Positions 22,314 to 30,087 of a DNA stretch of 64,000 nucleotides are shown here, piece after piece (position 1 is the stretch's first letter; each line of letters opens with the position of its first letter). The stretch is from Acidimicrobiia bacterium (GTDB lineage Bacteria; Actinomycetota; Acidimicrobiia; Spongiisociales; SHLN01): contig JBFKDW010000001.1 in assembly GCA_041619515.1 (NCBI GenBank), positions 15,129 to 79,128 on the forward strand. Direction: 5' to 3'. The notes under the pieces were generated by a model. That model was not told the DNA's origin. It searched no databases and saw only the letters and a program-made list of their open reading frames with translations. Made by a program: the position numbers and the translations under genes.

Positions 22314-22856
22314 CTACTTGAGGATCTCTTCACCCACTGCAAGGGCAAACGGGCTGTCGCCGAACAAGAACGTGCCGCCCGTGTCGGTGAGGGTGACGAC
22401 CTGATAGCTGCCTGCAAACGTGTCGCCGACGCCAACCGTGTAGTCGGTTCCGGAGACGCGTACAACCGCTTGTCGCGTGCCGTCGCCGAGTGTGGTGACC
22501 GAGATCAGTGAGACCGGCGTGCCCCCCGGGTCGAAGCCGCCGTTGCCGCCGTCGCCGGTCCCATCGCCTTCCTCAGTGATGAGCGGCCGGAATGGATCGC
22601 GGGGCTGGGAGATCTGAAAGTCGTCGATCAACCGCATGCCGGGCAGGAGGTCGGCCGGCTGCTGGGAGACGATCCCCGCGTCGGCCAGCACCGTCGGCTC
22701 CAGCCGGTTGAGCGAAGATGACCCGATGAGGCTGGGAGCCACGAGCAGCCAGACGGCCGCGACCAGCAGCCCACCGACCAGGATCGAGCCGGTGCTGCTG
22801 GCAATGTGCTCTCGCAGACGAAGCAGCCGGCTGTCACGATATTCGAACTTCATCAT
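22314..22856 (-). CDS. PilP-like pilus assembly protein (N-terminal TM/signal anchor, Gly/Asp-rich linker, RDPF motif, C-terminal beta domain)
   Basis: N-terminal hydrophobic helix ILVGGLLVAAVWLLVAP, the conserved PilP-type motif RDPFRP, and a C-terminal beta-rich segment. The ATG overlaps the pilO stop (TAATG). No secretin follows; aroC is the next gene. Confidence 0.55.
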   Translation of the reverse strand: MMKFEYRDSRLLRLREHIASSTGSILVGGLLVAAVWLLVAPSLIGSSSLNRLEPTVLADAGIVSQQPADLLPGMRLIDDFQISQPRDPFRPLITEEGDGTGDGGNGGFDPGGTPVSLISVTTLGDGTRQAVVRVSGTDYTVGVGDTFAGSYQVVTLTDTGGTFLFGDSPFALAVGEEILK

Positions 22857-23446
22857 TATTCGCCGGCTCCATCGACAGGCTCGCCGGCATTTGCGACCGG
22901 GGCGCCGGCGAGATCGGATAGCGAGAAGGCGGTCGCAGTCATGGATACGGTCAAGATGTTTGTCCCGTCCTCATCCAGAGCCGAATCGATGCTGATCTGA
23001 TCGACCCGGACCAGGCGCTCGAGGTCCTCAATGGCAAAGAGAACGCTCAGTACCTTGAAATACGGTGCTTCGAAACGGATCGTCGTTGATATCTCGAAGA
23101 GGCCCTCCACGACGCTCGGAACGGGCGGGGTGGGGTTCAACGTGAGCAAGTCGACACCGGTGTCGACTGCGATGCTGTTGATGTCCTCGATGAGCGCCGC
23201 TCCGTCGGGGAAGGCGGGGATCGAGTTCTGAATCTCACTCAGCGCCAGGAGAAACTCTCCCTCCTTGGCGGCGAGCGCTTGCAGTTCGTTGCGGCGCGCC
23301 TCGAGAGTGGATTGCTCGATTTGCGCTGCCGCCTCTTGATCCTGGAAATCACTGATCTCGGTCGACTTGCCGGCCATGAACAGGAACCACCACCCGGCCG
23401 TTATCACGAGCACTCCCAGCACTCCGAAGATGAGCCCGCGCCGCAT
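22856..23446 (-). CDS. pilO: Type IV pilus inner-membrane alignment protein PilO
   Basis: Single N-terminal TM (LIFGVLGVLVITAGWWFLF), a coiled-coil region and a PilO-like periplasmic domain. Start at the ATG at 23446, overlapping the pilN stop. ORF 22856..23572 is over-extended. Confidence 0.7.
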   Translation of the reverse strand: MRRGLIFGVLGVLVITAGWWFLFMAGKSTEISDFQDQEAAAQIEQSTLEARRNELQALAAKEGEFLLALSEIQNSIPAFPDGAALIEDINSIAVDTGVDLLTLNPTPPVPSVVEGLFEISTTIRFEAPYFKVLSVLFAIEDLERLVRVDQISIDSALDEDGTNILTVSMTATAFSLSDLAGAPVANAGEPVDGAGE

Positions 23447-24069
23447 CAGGGGATCTCCGGTATTCGTTCGAACAACCTGCCGGACAGTGCGTCGGAGGTC
23501 AGACTGGTCGTCGAGCCAAACGTGACGACATCCTCCTCGGCGATCTGGCTCGCGATGATGCCGCTCGCCCACGTTCCCACCACACCGGGATAGCGGTCCG
23601 AGTCCAGGATCCGAATCCAGGCCGCCACGTCGGGCGGGGCGAATGCCGTGCCCGAAAAGGTGACCTCGCCGATGCTCGTGACGTCACCGGTGGGTGCAAC
23701 CGGGTTGGTGGTACCCGTGTAGTTGGTCACCCACACTCGATCGGGTATCAGCCTCCCGAGATCGTTGAGCAGCCGGCCCCAGCTGACGTCGTTGACGAGG
23801 GCGCTTCCCAGGAGCGTCACGCCGGCCTCGAACTCGTTGCGCACCGCCTCGGCCCCGGCCAGCGAGCTGACCTCCGCCTGGAGCTGCTGGTTGGTGGCCA
23901 GCTGAGCCTGCAGGTCGGCCTCGGCGTCGTTGACCGCCCCCTGTCGCCAGACGGCCACCGCGCCGAGCAGCAAGACATAGAGCACACCGAGGGCGAGCCA
24001 GAGGGCGAGCCGATTCCTCGCCTCGCTCGCTTTCTTCCCCGTCTGGGGTATGAGGTTGATCGTGCGCAT
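23446..24069 (-). CDS. pilN: Type IV pilus assembly protein PilN
   Basis: N-terminal INLIP motif (the PilM-binding INLLP motif), one TM helix and a coiled-coil. The ATG overlaps the pilM stop. Confidence 0.75.
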   Translation of the reverse strand: MRTINLIPQTGKKASEARNRLALWLALGVLYVLLLGAVAVWRQGAVNDAEADLQAQLATNQQLQAEVSSLAGAEAVRNEFEAGVTLLGSALVNDVSWGRLLNDLGRLIPDRVWVTNYTGTTNPVAPTGDVTSIGEVTFSGTAFAPPDVAAWIRILDSDRYPGVVGTWASGIIASQIAEEDVVTFGSTTSLTSDALSGRLFERIPEIP

Positions 24070-25160
24070 CAGCCCCCCCAGAGCGCCAGGCCGACGGGGA
24101 TGGGTATCACCGGCTGCATCGCGGAGATCTCAGCCTCGGACAGCTTGCCGGTGTTCAAGCCTTCGATGACCCGGGCGGGCTCGATCCGCGCACCGAGGGT
24201 GTCGCCGAGCCGGTTGGCGAGGTGCGGCAGCCGGGCTCCGTTGCCGGATACGATGATACGGCTGAGCTCGGCGTCATCGGACTGGCCCAGGTAGAAATTC
24301 ACCGAGCCGCGTACTTCGTCGATGAATCTCTCCGCCTGGGCATCGAGGATGGTTCGAGCTCGGTCCTCCAGCGCCGACACCGACGCGTCTCCGTCGTCGG
24401 CTGTGGGGGTGATGGCGGCGGCTTCCCCCCCAACCGGGGTCAGTCCCACCTGGCGCTTGAGGTCCTCGGCCTCTTCCCAGGTGACGTCGAGGCCGTCGAC
24501 CAGTGCGGCAGTGAAATCCTCTCCACCCTGCTGGAGCAAGCGGACAAAGCGCGGCTCCCCGGCGCGTACCAGCAACACCTGGGAGACCCCCGAGCCGATG
24601 TCGACGACCGCCGCCACGCTACCGATATCGAAATCACCGTAGAACAGGGCGCGGATGAGCCCGAAGGCTTGCAGGTCGAGGGCAATCGGCGTGATCCCGG
24701 CAGCATTGACCGCTGCGAGCAACGTTTCCACCATGTCCCGCTGCGCGGCCACGACGAGGATCGAGAGCATCGGCTCACCGTCGGGGGTGGTGAACTCCTC
24801 GATGGGGACGAAGTCCAGGAAGGTCTCCTCGACGGGGATTGGGATGTACTCCTGGACCTGGAACGGGAGTGCCTCGACCAGCTCGAGCTCACTCATGCGG
24901 GGAACGTCAACCTGGCGGACGATCACGCGTTGGTTGGCGAGGCCGAGCACGATGCGGCGCTTCGGCAGCTTGGTCTCCTTCCAGAGGCGGGAGATGGCGG
25001 CGGTCACGGCTTCGGGATCGACGATCTCGCCGGCCACCACCGCCCCGCGCTCGATGTCGACCTGGCCGATCCGGCGGATAACCGGGGGCTGTTTCCCGGT
25101 GTCGAGGGCGACGGCGCGCACACCGGTTGCGCCGATGTCCAGCCCCACGTTGACCGCCAT
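24069..25160 (-). CDS. pilM: Type IV pilus assembly ATPase-like protein PilM (actin/FtsA fold)
   Basis: MAVNVGLDIGATGVRAVAL... and an FtsA/PilM-like fold through to the C-terminus. An SD sequence GGAG lies 6 nt upstream. Confidence 0.85.
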   Translation of the reverse strand: MAVNVGLDIGATGVRAVALDTGKQPPVIRRIGQVDIERGAVVAGEIVDPEAVTAAISRLWKETKLPKRRIVLGLANQRVIVRQVDVPRMSELELVEALPFQVQEYIPIPVEETFLDFVPIEEFTTPDGEPMLSILVVAAQRDMVETLLAAVNAAGITPIALDLQAFGLIRALFYGDFDIGSVAAVVDIGSGVSQVLLVRAGEPRFVRLLQQGGEDFTAALVDGLDVTWEEAEDLKRQVGLTPVGGEAAAITPTADDGDASVSALEDRARTILDAQAERFIDEVRGSVNFYLGQSDDAELSRIIVSGNGARLPHLANRLGDTLGARIEPARVIEGLNTGKLSEAEISAMQPVIPIPVGLALWGG

Positions 25161-25193
25161 TGTTACTCCGCCTCAAGACACGAGCGCAGTGCC

Positions 25194-25207
25194 TTGTAAT
25201 TACAAGA
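25194..25207. promoter_or_regulatory. Perfect 14-bp AT-rich palindrome CTTGTAATTACAAG in the pilM upstream region (candidate operator)
   Basis: Seen in the sequence inside the only conspicuously AT-rich 100-bp stretch in the window (25161-25261). It lies about 35-47 bp upstream of the pilM ATG. A direct repeat ATTCGGG-N16-ATTCGGG lies 5 bp further upstream. Confidence 0.3.
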
Positions 25208-25261
25208 ATGTCATTCGGGAGATTAACAAACGATTCGGGCAGCGCAAGTCATAGCGGCGGC

Positions 25262-26038
25262 TCACCGGCCGAGATACCAGTCGACGAGCTGCTGCCCGAT
25301 CACCAGGGCCAGGTACGAGCCAAAGATCATGGCGGGTCCGAACGGGATCTTCGCCTTGCGGGTGGCTCTGCCGGCCAGCAGAAGGGCAATCGCGACCACC
25401 CCGCCGATGGCGATTCCGAGGGCAACGCCGGCGCCGAGCACCTCCCACGATCGATAGGTCAGGAAGAGCCCCAGGAAGAAGGCGAGCTTTACGTCACCCA
25501 GACCAAAGCCGCCGCGGGCGACGAGGGCAAGGGCGAGGAAGATCGCGAAATATAGGCTTGCCCCGGCGAGCGCCCGGCCAAAGGAAGCGAGATCTCCATC
25601 AGCGATGGCCGCCACGAGCAAGAGCGCAGCACCGACCAGCGTCGACGGATAGAGGATGCGATTCGGCAGCCGATGGACATCCAGGTCGGTGAGAACCAGC
25701 GCAAGGCCGACTCCCGCAAACCACAGGTAGGCCGGGAGCTCGGGCTCGATCCCAATAACGAGGACCGCAGACGCGAAGAGGATGGCGGCGCCCACCTCGA
25801 CGATCGGGTAGCGGACGCTGATATGGCCTCCACAGTCCCGGCAACGACCCCGCAGCAACACCCACGACAGCACGGGAATGTTGTCTCGCGGCCGGATGGC
25901 TGCCCGGCACACCGGGCAGGCGGACGGTGGTGAGACGACCGAGTGGCCGGCCGGGACCCGGTAGGCAACCACGTTGATGAACGAGCCGAAGATGAGGCCG
26001 AACAGTGCGGCCACGGCTACCGCAGGAAGGGCATCCAT
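25262..26038 (-). CDS. pilD: Prepilin peptidase (A24 family) PilD
   Basis: N-terminal zinc tetracysteine motif CPVC...CRDC, a polytopic membrane protein with catalytic Asp motifs (DLDVHRLP, GLGDVKL). Confidence 0.85.
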   Translation of the reverse strand: MDALPAVAVAALFGLIFGSFINVVAYRVPAGHSVVSPPSACPVCRAAIRPRDNIPVLSWVLLRGRCRDCGGHISVRYPIVEVGAAILFASAVLVIGIEPELPAYLWFAGVGLALVLTDLDVHRLPNRILYPSTLVGAALLLVAAIADGDLASFGRALAGASLYFAIFLALALVARGGFGLGDVKLAFFLGLFLTYRSWEVLGAGVALGIAIGGVVAIALLLAGRATRKAKIPFGPAMIFGSYLALVIGQQLVDWYLGR

Positions 26039-26066
26039 GAGGCCTCGACCCTAGTGACCGGGGGCG

Positions 26067-26543
26067 TTACCAGCCTGAAGCCGACCAGGTCCCGACGCCC
26101 GGGGGGCCGGCGGCGCTGCACGCACCGAACGGGTTCGCCGAGTGGCGGCCGAATTGGGTGCCACCGGCCGAGTTCTCCCAGATGGCGAGGAACTCACCGC
26201 GCGGGGTCCTGGCAACGAGACACACCACCTGAGCGGTGGGATCGATGGTGACGGCGACGGGGTCGAAGGTGTTGACGGCCGGGCTGGCACCGGTGACGTT
26301 GAACAAGCTCGGCTCGATCGCCGACAGCAGATCGAGATCGTCCGTGAACTGGGCTGCCCCGCCGGCGTAGTACGCCTTCTCCGTGGTGAGAGCGTTCCTG
26401 AGGTGGCTCTTGGCGGCCGAATCCTCCGCCTCCTTGCGTTGACCGAGGAAGGTCGGGATCGCAATGGCGATGAGGATCGCCACGATGAGGACGACGATCA
26501 TCAATTCGATGAGGGTGAATCCTCGGTCGTCTCTGCTCCACAT
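26067..26543 (-). CDS. pilA: Type IV major pilin paralog (class III signal peptide RG|FTLIELMIVV)
   Basis: MWSRDDRGFTLIELMIVVLIVAILIAIAIPTF..., a C-terminal Cys pair and ...SASGW. An SD sequence GAGAAGG lies upstream of the ATG at 26543. The rest of ORF 26067..26864 is an extension. Confidence 0.8.
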   Translation of the reverse strand: MWSRDDRGFTLIELMIVVLIVAILIAIAIPTFLGQRKEAEDSAAKSHLRNALTTEKAYYAGGAAQFTDDLDLLSAIEPSLFNVTGASPAVNTFDPVAVTIDPTAQVVCLVARTPRGEFLAIWENSAGGTQFGRHSANPFGACSAAGPPGVGTWSASGW

Positions 26544-26629
26544 GGCGGCGCCTTCTCGTTGACTGTACGTCGGGTTTTCGGCGCGGACCGACCGGCTCTT
26601 GAGCGATATGCGTCGCGAATCCGATGGCT

Positions 26630-26661
26630 CCCAACAACAGGAAACGGGCCCCGAAGGGCCC
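26630..26661 (-). terminator. Intrinsic terminator after the first pilin gene: GGGCCC-UUCG-GGGCCC stem-loop followed by GUUUCCUGUUGUUGG
   Basis: Seen in the sequence on the minus-strand RNA about 30 nt after the pilA1 stop. It has a GC stem, a UUCG tetraloop and a U-rich tail. Confidence 0.55.
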
Positions 26662-26688
26662 GAATCCGGTTTGCTTATCGAGCTGGGT

Positions 26689-27153
26689 TTACCAGCCGCC
26701 TGGCGTCCACGGAGCGCCGGGCTGGGCGACCGGGCAAGGCGCCGTAGTCGGAGCCGCCGCAGCTTTGTAGTAGACGGTTCCGGCAGTGGTCCCATCCCAG
26801 ACGGCGAAGTAGTCGCCGCCATCGCTCTGCTGCACGAGGCAGACAGAGACGCCACCAGCACCAATGGTCACCGTGACCGGGTCCGCACCGGTGCCGAACA
26901 GGTTCGGCTCGATGGCGGCAAGGTCGGCGGTGGTCGCCGTGAAGACCTGGTTCACGGAGAAGTAGGCCTTCTCGGTCGCCAGGGCGTTACGGACGTTGCT
27001 CTTGGCAGCGCTGTCCTGTGCGTTCTTCCGCTGACCCAGGAAGGTGGGGATGGCAATGGCGACCAGAATGGCAATAATCAGCACCACGACCATCAGCTCG
27101 ATGAGTGTGAAGCCCTCGTCCTTGTTGAGACGGGACCGCATCGCTTTGAGCAT
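26689..27153 (-). CDS. pilA: Type IV major pilin (class III signal peptide EG|FTLIELMVVV)
   Basis: MLKAMRSRLNKDEGFTLIELMVVVLIIAILVAIAIPTF..., a C-terminal Cys pair and ...TPGGW. A strong SD sequence AAGGAG lies 8 nt upstream of the ATG at 27153. Confidence 0.85.
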   Translation of the reverse strand: MLKAMRSRLNKDEGFTLIELMVVVLIIAILVAIAIPTFLGQRKNAQDSAAKSNVRNALATEKAYFSVNQVFTATTADLAAIEPNLFGTGADPVTVTIGAGGVSVCLVQQSDGGDYFAVWDGTTAGTVYYKAAAAPTTAPCPVAQPGAPWTPGGW

Positions 27154-27333
27154 CTGATGTTCTCCTTGCGAGCATCTACGGCCGAGCCTTTACCCGACCT
27201 TCGTACCCATGAGCTATCGACACGCTGGGTGACGAGTTGAGGCTTTTCCGTGGCTATTACCGGGCGCACCGACGCACTAGCGCGTCGAGCGGTGCTGCCT
27301 CGGTGGGGGCTGATGCGGCAGGTGCGGGAGCAC

Positions 27334-28554
27334 CTAGCCGACGACGTTGACCAGGTTGAACATCGGCAGGTAGAGAGCCACGAGGATGCCGCCGACCGTC
27401 AATCCCATGAAGGCGATCAGGAGCGGCTCGAGCAAGCTGGTGAGGGCGTCGACGGTGTCGTTGACCTCCTGGTCGTAGAACGACGCCACCTTCTCCAGCA
27501 TGGCGTCGACGGCGCCGGTTTCCTCGCCCACTGCGATCATCTGCACGACCATGGACGGAAACACCTTGTGCTTGGCGAGGGGCACGGCGAGCGAGTCGCC
27601 ATCCTTCACCGACTTGGCGACGTCGGCGACTGCGTCGGAAACGATCGCATTGCCGGCCACGTCCCGAACGATCTCCATCGCCTGCAGGATGGGAACTCCC
27701 GTCCGCAGCAGGACGCCGAGCGTCGAGGAAAAGCGGCTGATTGCCGTCTTGTGAACCACTCCCCCGAACACCGGCATCTTCAGCTTGGCGGCGTCCCACA
27801 CGTGCCGTCCGGCGGTCGTGTTGATCCACCGACGGAACCCCCAGACCGACGCCCCCATGAGGGGAAACACGATGAACCAGAAAGACTTCAAGAGGTCTGA
27901 GCCGCCGATGAGGATCTTCGTCGGCACCGGCAGCTCGCCCCCCGCCCCGGCGTAGAGATCCTGAAAGATCGGCACCACGAAGACGAGCATGGCGAGGACC
28001 ACGAGAGCAACCATCGAGAGCACGACGACCGGGTAGGCCATCGCCGACTTGATCTTGCTGCGTAGCGCCACCTGGTTCTCGAGGGCGGCGGCCAGCCGCA
28101 GCAGCGTGTCGTCGAGGACACCACCGGCTTCCCCGGCGCGCACCATCGACGTGTAAAGCTGGCTGAATGCTTTGGGGTGCTTCTCCAGAGCCGCCGAGAG
28201 CCCGACGCCCCGCTCGACGTCGCGCCTCACCTCTCCGATTATCCGGGCCAGCGCTTTGGACTCGGTCTGCTCCTCGAGCACCGAGAGCGACCGCAGCAGC
28301 GAGAGTCCGGCGTTGATCATGGTGGCGAACTGGCGGCTGAAGACCGCCACCTCCTTCGCCTTGACCCGGTCGCTCAGGCCGGGGATGTTGATCTCCGTCT
28401 TCAGGCCGCTCGTCTTGACCTCGTCGACCGCCAGAGGGACTGCCCCTCGTTCCCGCAGGGCCTTGACGACCGCATCCCGGGAGGAACCTTCGATCTGCCC
28501 CTCGAGGACCTTGCCGCTCTTGTCCCGGGCGCGATAGTCGAACATGGTGGCCAT
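27334..28554 (-). CDS. pilC: Type IV pilus platform protein PilC (GspF family)
   Basis: Two T2SS-F repeats and three TM segments. MATMFDYRARDKSGK...FSRQFATMINAGLSL... Confidence 0.9.
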   Translation of the reverse strand: MATMFDYRARDKSGKVLEGQIEGSSRDAVVKALRERGAVPLAVDEVKTSGLKTEINIPGLSDRVKAKEVAVFSRQFATMINAGLSLLRSLSVLEEQTESKALARIIGEVRRDVERGVGLSAALEKHPKAFSQLYTSMVRAGEAGGVLDDTLLRLAAALENQVALRSKIKSAMAYPVVVLSMVALVVLAMLVFVVPIFQDLYAGAGGELPVPTKILIGGSDLLKSFWFIVFPLMGASVWGFRRWINTTAGRHVWDAAKLKMPVFGGVVHKTAISRFSSTLGVLLRTGVPILQAMEIVRDVAGNAIVSDAVADVAKSVKDGDSLAVPLAKHKVFPSMVVQMIAVGEETGAVDAMLEKVASFYDQEVNDTVDALTSLLEPLLIAFMGLTVGGILVALYLPMFNLVNVVG

Positions 28555-30087
28555 TTATCCCCCTCCCAGCAGGTGTTTGAGACCCTCGGCGTCTGCACAA
28601 CGTTCGAATGCGAGCTCGCGGGTTATCTTCCCGCGCTGGACGAGATCCGCCAGAGCCTGGTCCATCGTCTGCATCCCGTGCTGGGATCCGGCCTGCATGG
28701 CGGAGGGGATCTGGTGCACCTTTCCGTCGCGGATCTGGTTGCGAATGGCGGCGGTGGCGATCATGACCTCGACGGCCACTATTCGGCCCTTCCCATCCTG
28801 GGTGGGGAGCAGCTGTTGGCTGACAACGGCCTGCAGGGAGCTTCCCAGCTGGACTCGCACCTGCGATTGCTGATGTGAGGGGAACACGTCGATGACACGG
28901 TCGATGGATTGCGGGGCGCTCTGGGTGTGCAGCGTTCCGAAGACGAGGTGGCCCGTTTCGGCCGCCGTCAGCGCCGCACTGATCGTCTCGAGGTCGCGCA
29001 TCTCCCCGACCAGGATGACATCGGGGTCCTGGCGTAGGACGTGCTTGAGCGCGTGATTGAAGCTGAAGGTATCCGTTCCGACCTCGCGTTGGTTGACCAC
29101 GGCCTTCTTGTGCTTGTGGAGGAACTCGATTGGATCCTCGATCGTCATGATGTGGACCGCTCGCTCCTCGTTGATGCGGTTGACGATGGCGGCGAGCGTG
29201 GTGCTCTTACCGGACCCGGTGGGGCCCGTCACCAGCACCAGTCCTCGATGCAGATTCGCCAGCGAGCCGACCACGGGAGGCATGCCGAGTTTCTCCGGGG
29301 TGACGATCTCGTTCGGGATCGCCCGGAGCACAGCACCCACCGAGTCACGCTGAAAGAACACATTCACCCGGAAGCGGCCGTGGCCCGGCACCGGGTGCGA
29401 GGCATCGAGCTCACGATTTTCCTCCAGGCGCTGACGCTGGTCGGCGGTGAGGATGCCGTAGATCATCCGGCGCAGCTCGGCCGGCATCATGATGCCGAAG
29501 TCCTCCAACGGCTGGAGACGGCCGTTGACACGGATCTGGGGCTCCGTGCCGGCCGTGAGGTGGAGGTCGGACCCGGCGTTGTCCATGAGGATCACGAGCA
29601 GATCGTTGAGATGGATCTCCTGCGAGGTCTCCACCCGGGGAGCATCGTTCTCGCTGAGCGTGAAGTAGTCGCCGAGGATGCGGTCGATGGAGCGCTTGGA
29701 CGCCAGCCCCAGCGATACCGGGCTGCCGCACGCGGTCTCGAGGGTCTCCCGCAAGTTGGCGGTGAAAGGGTCCGCGACAGCCACGACCACCCTCTCCTCC
29801 TCGAGCGCAACGGGCACCGCCACCATGCGGCGCGCGGTGTCGGCGTCGATGCGGTCGAGGGCATCCGGCTGGATGATGGTCTGCTCGAGGTTGATGTAGT
29901 CGATGCCGAGTTGCTCGGCTACCACCATCAGCAAGTCTGCGTCGCTCACGTGACCAGACGTCACGAGCGTCTTGGCGAGGGGAATGCCGCCCCGGCTCTC
30001 CTCGATGAGCAGGTCTTCGAGCACATCCCGGCTCAGGAGGCGCCGGTTCACGAGCGCCTCGCCGAGCTGTCGGCTTACTCGGCTCAT
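28555..30087 (-). CDS. pilT: PilT-family retraction ATPase with an extra ~140-aa N-terminal GspE-N1/MshEN-like domain
   Basis: Core: Walker A GPTGSGKST, Asp box, His box and the C-terminal AIRNQIRDGK (PilT AIRNLIRE motif), with no tetracysteine. The N-terminal extension LGEALVNRRLLSRDVLEDLLIEE ... LAKTLVTSGHVSDADLLMVVAEQ resembles the tandem 24-residue MshEN motifs. The ATG at 30087 overlaps the pilB stop (ATGA). Confidence 0.8.
   Translation of the reverse strand: MSRVSRQLGEALVNRRLLSRDVLEDLLIEESRGGIPLAKTLVTSGHVSDADLLMVVAEQLGIDYINLEQTIIQPDALDRIDADTARRMVAVPVALEEERVVVAVADPFTANLRETLETACGSPVSLGLASKRSIDRILGDYFTLSENDAPRVETSQEIHLNDLLVILMDNAGSDLHLTAGTEPQIRVNGRLQPLEDFGIMMPAELRRMIYGILTADQRQRLEENRELDASHPVPGHGRFRVNVFFQRDSVGAVLRAIPNEIVTPEKLGMPPVVGSLANLHRGLVLVTGPTGSGKSTTLAAIVNRINEERAVHIMTIEDPIEFLHKHKKAVVNQREVGTDTFSFNHALKHVLRQDPDVILVGEMRDLETISAALTAAETGHLVFGTLHTQSAPQSIDRVIDVFPSHQQSQVRVQLGSSLQAVVSQQLLPTQDGKGRIVAVEVMIATAAIRNQIRDGKVHQIPSAMQAGSQHGMQTMDQALADLVQRGKITRELAFERCADAEGLKHLLGGG

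Noticed and set aside
22314-22856. Calling the 180-aa protein a generic hypothetical rather than PilP
   Set aside because: Not fully rejected. It was kept as PilP-like because of the RDPF motif, its domain layout and its translational coupling to pilO. Confidence is moderate only.
27154-27260. Sigma-54 (GG-N10-GC) promoter upstream of the major pilin gene
   Set aside because: No TGGCAC-N5-TTGC-like element is present. Sigma-54 is in any case rare in Actinobacteria.
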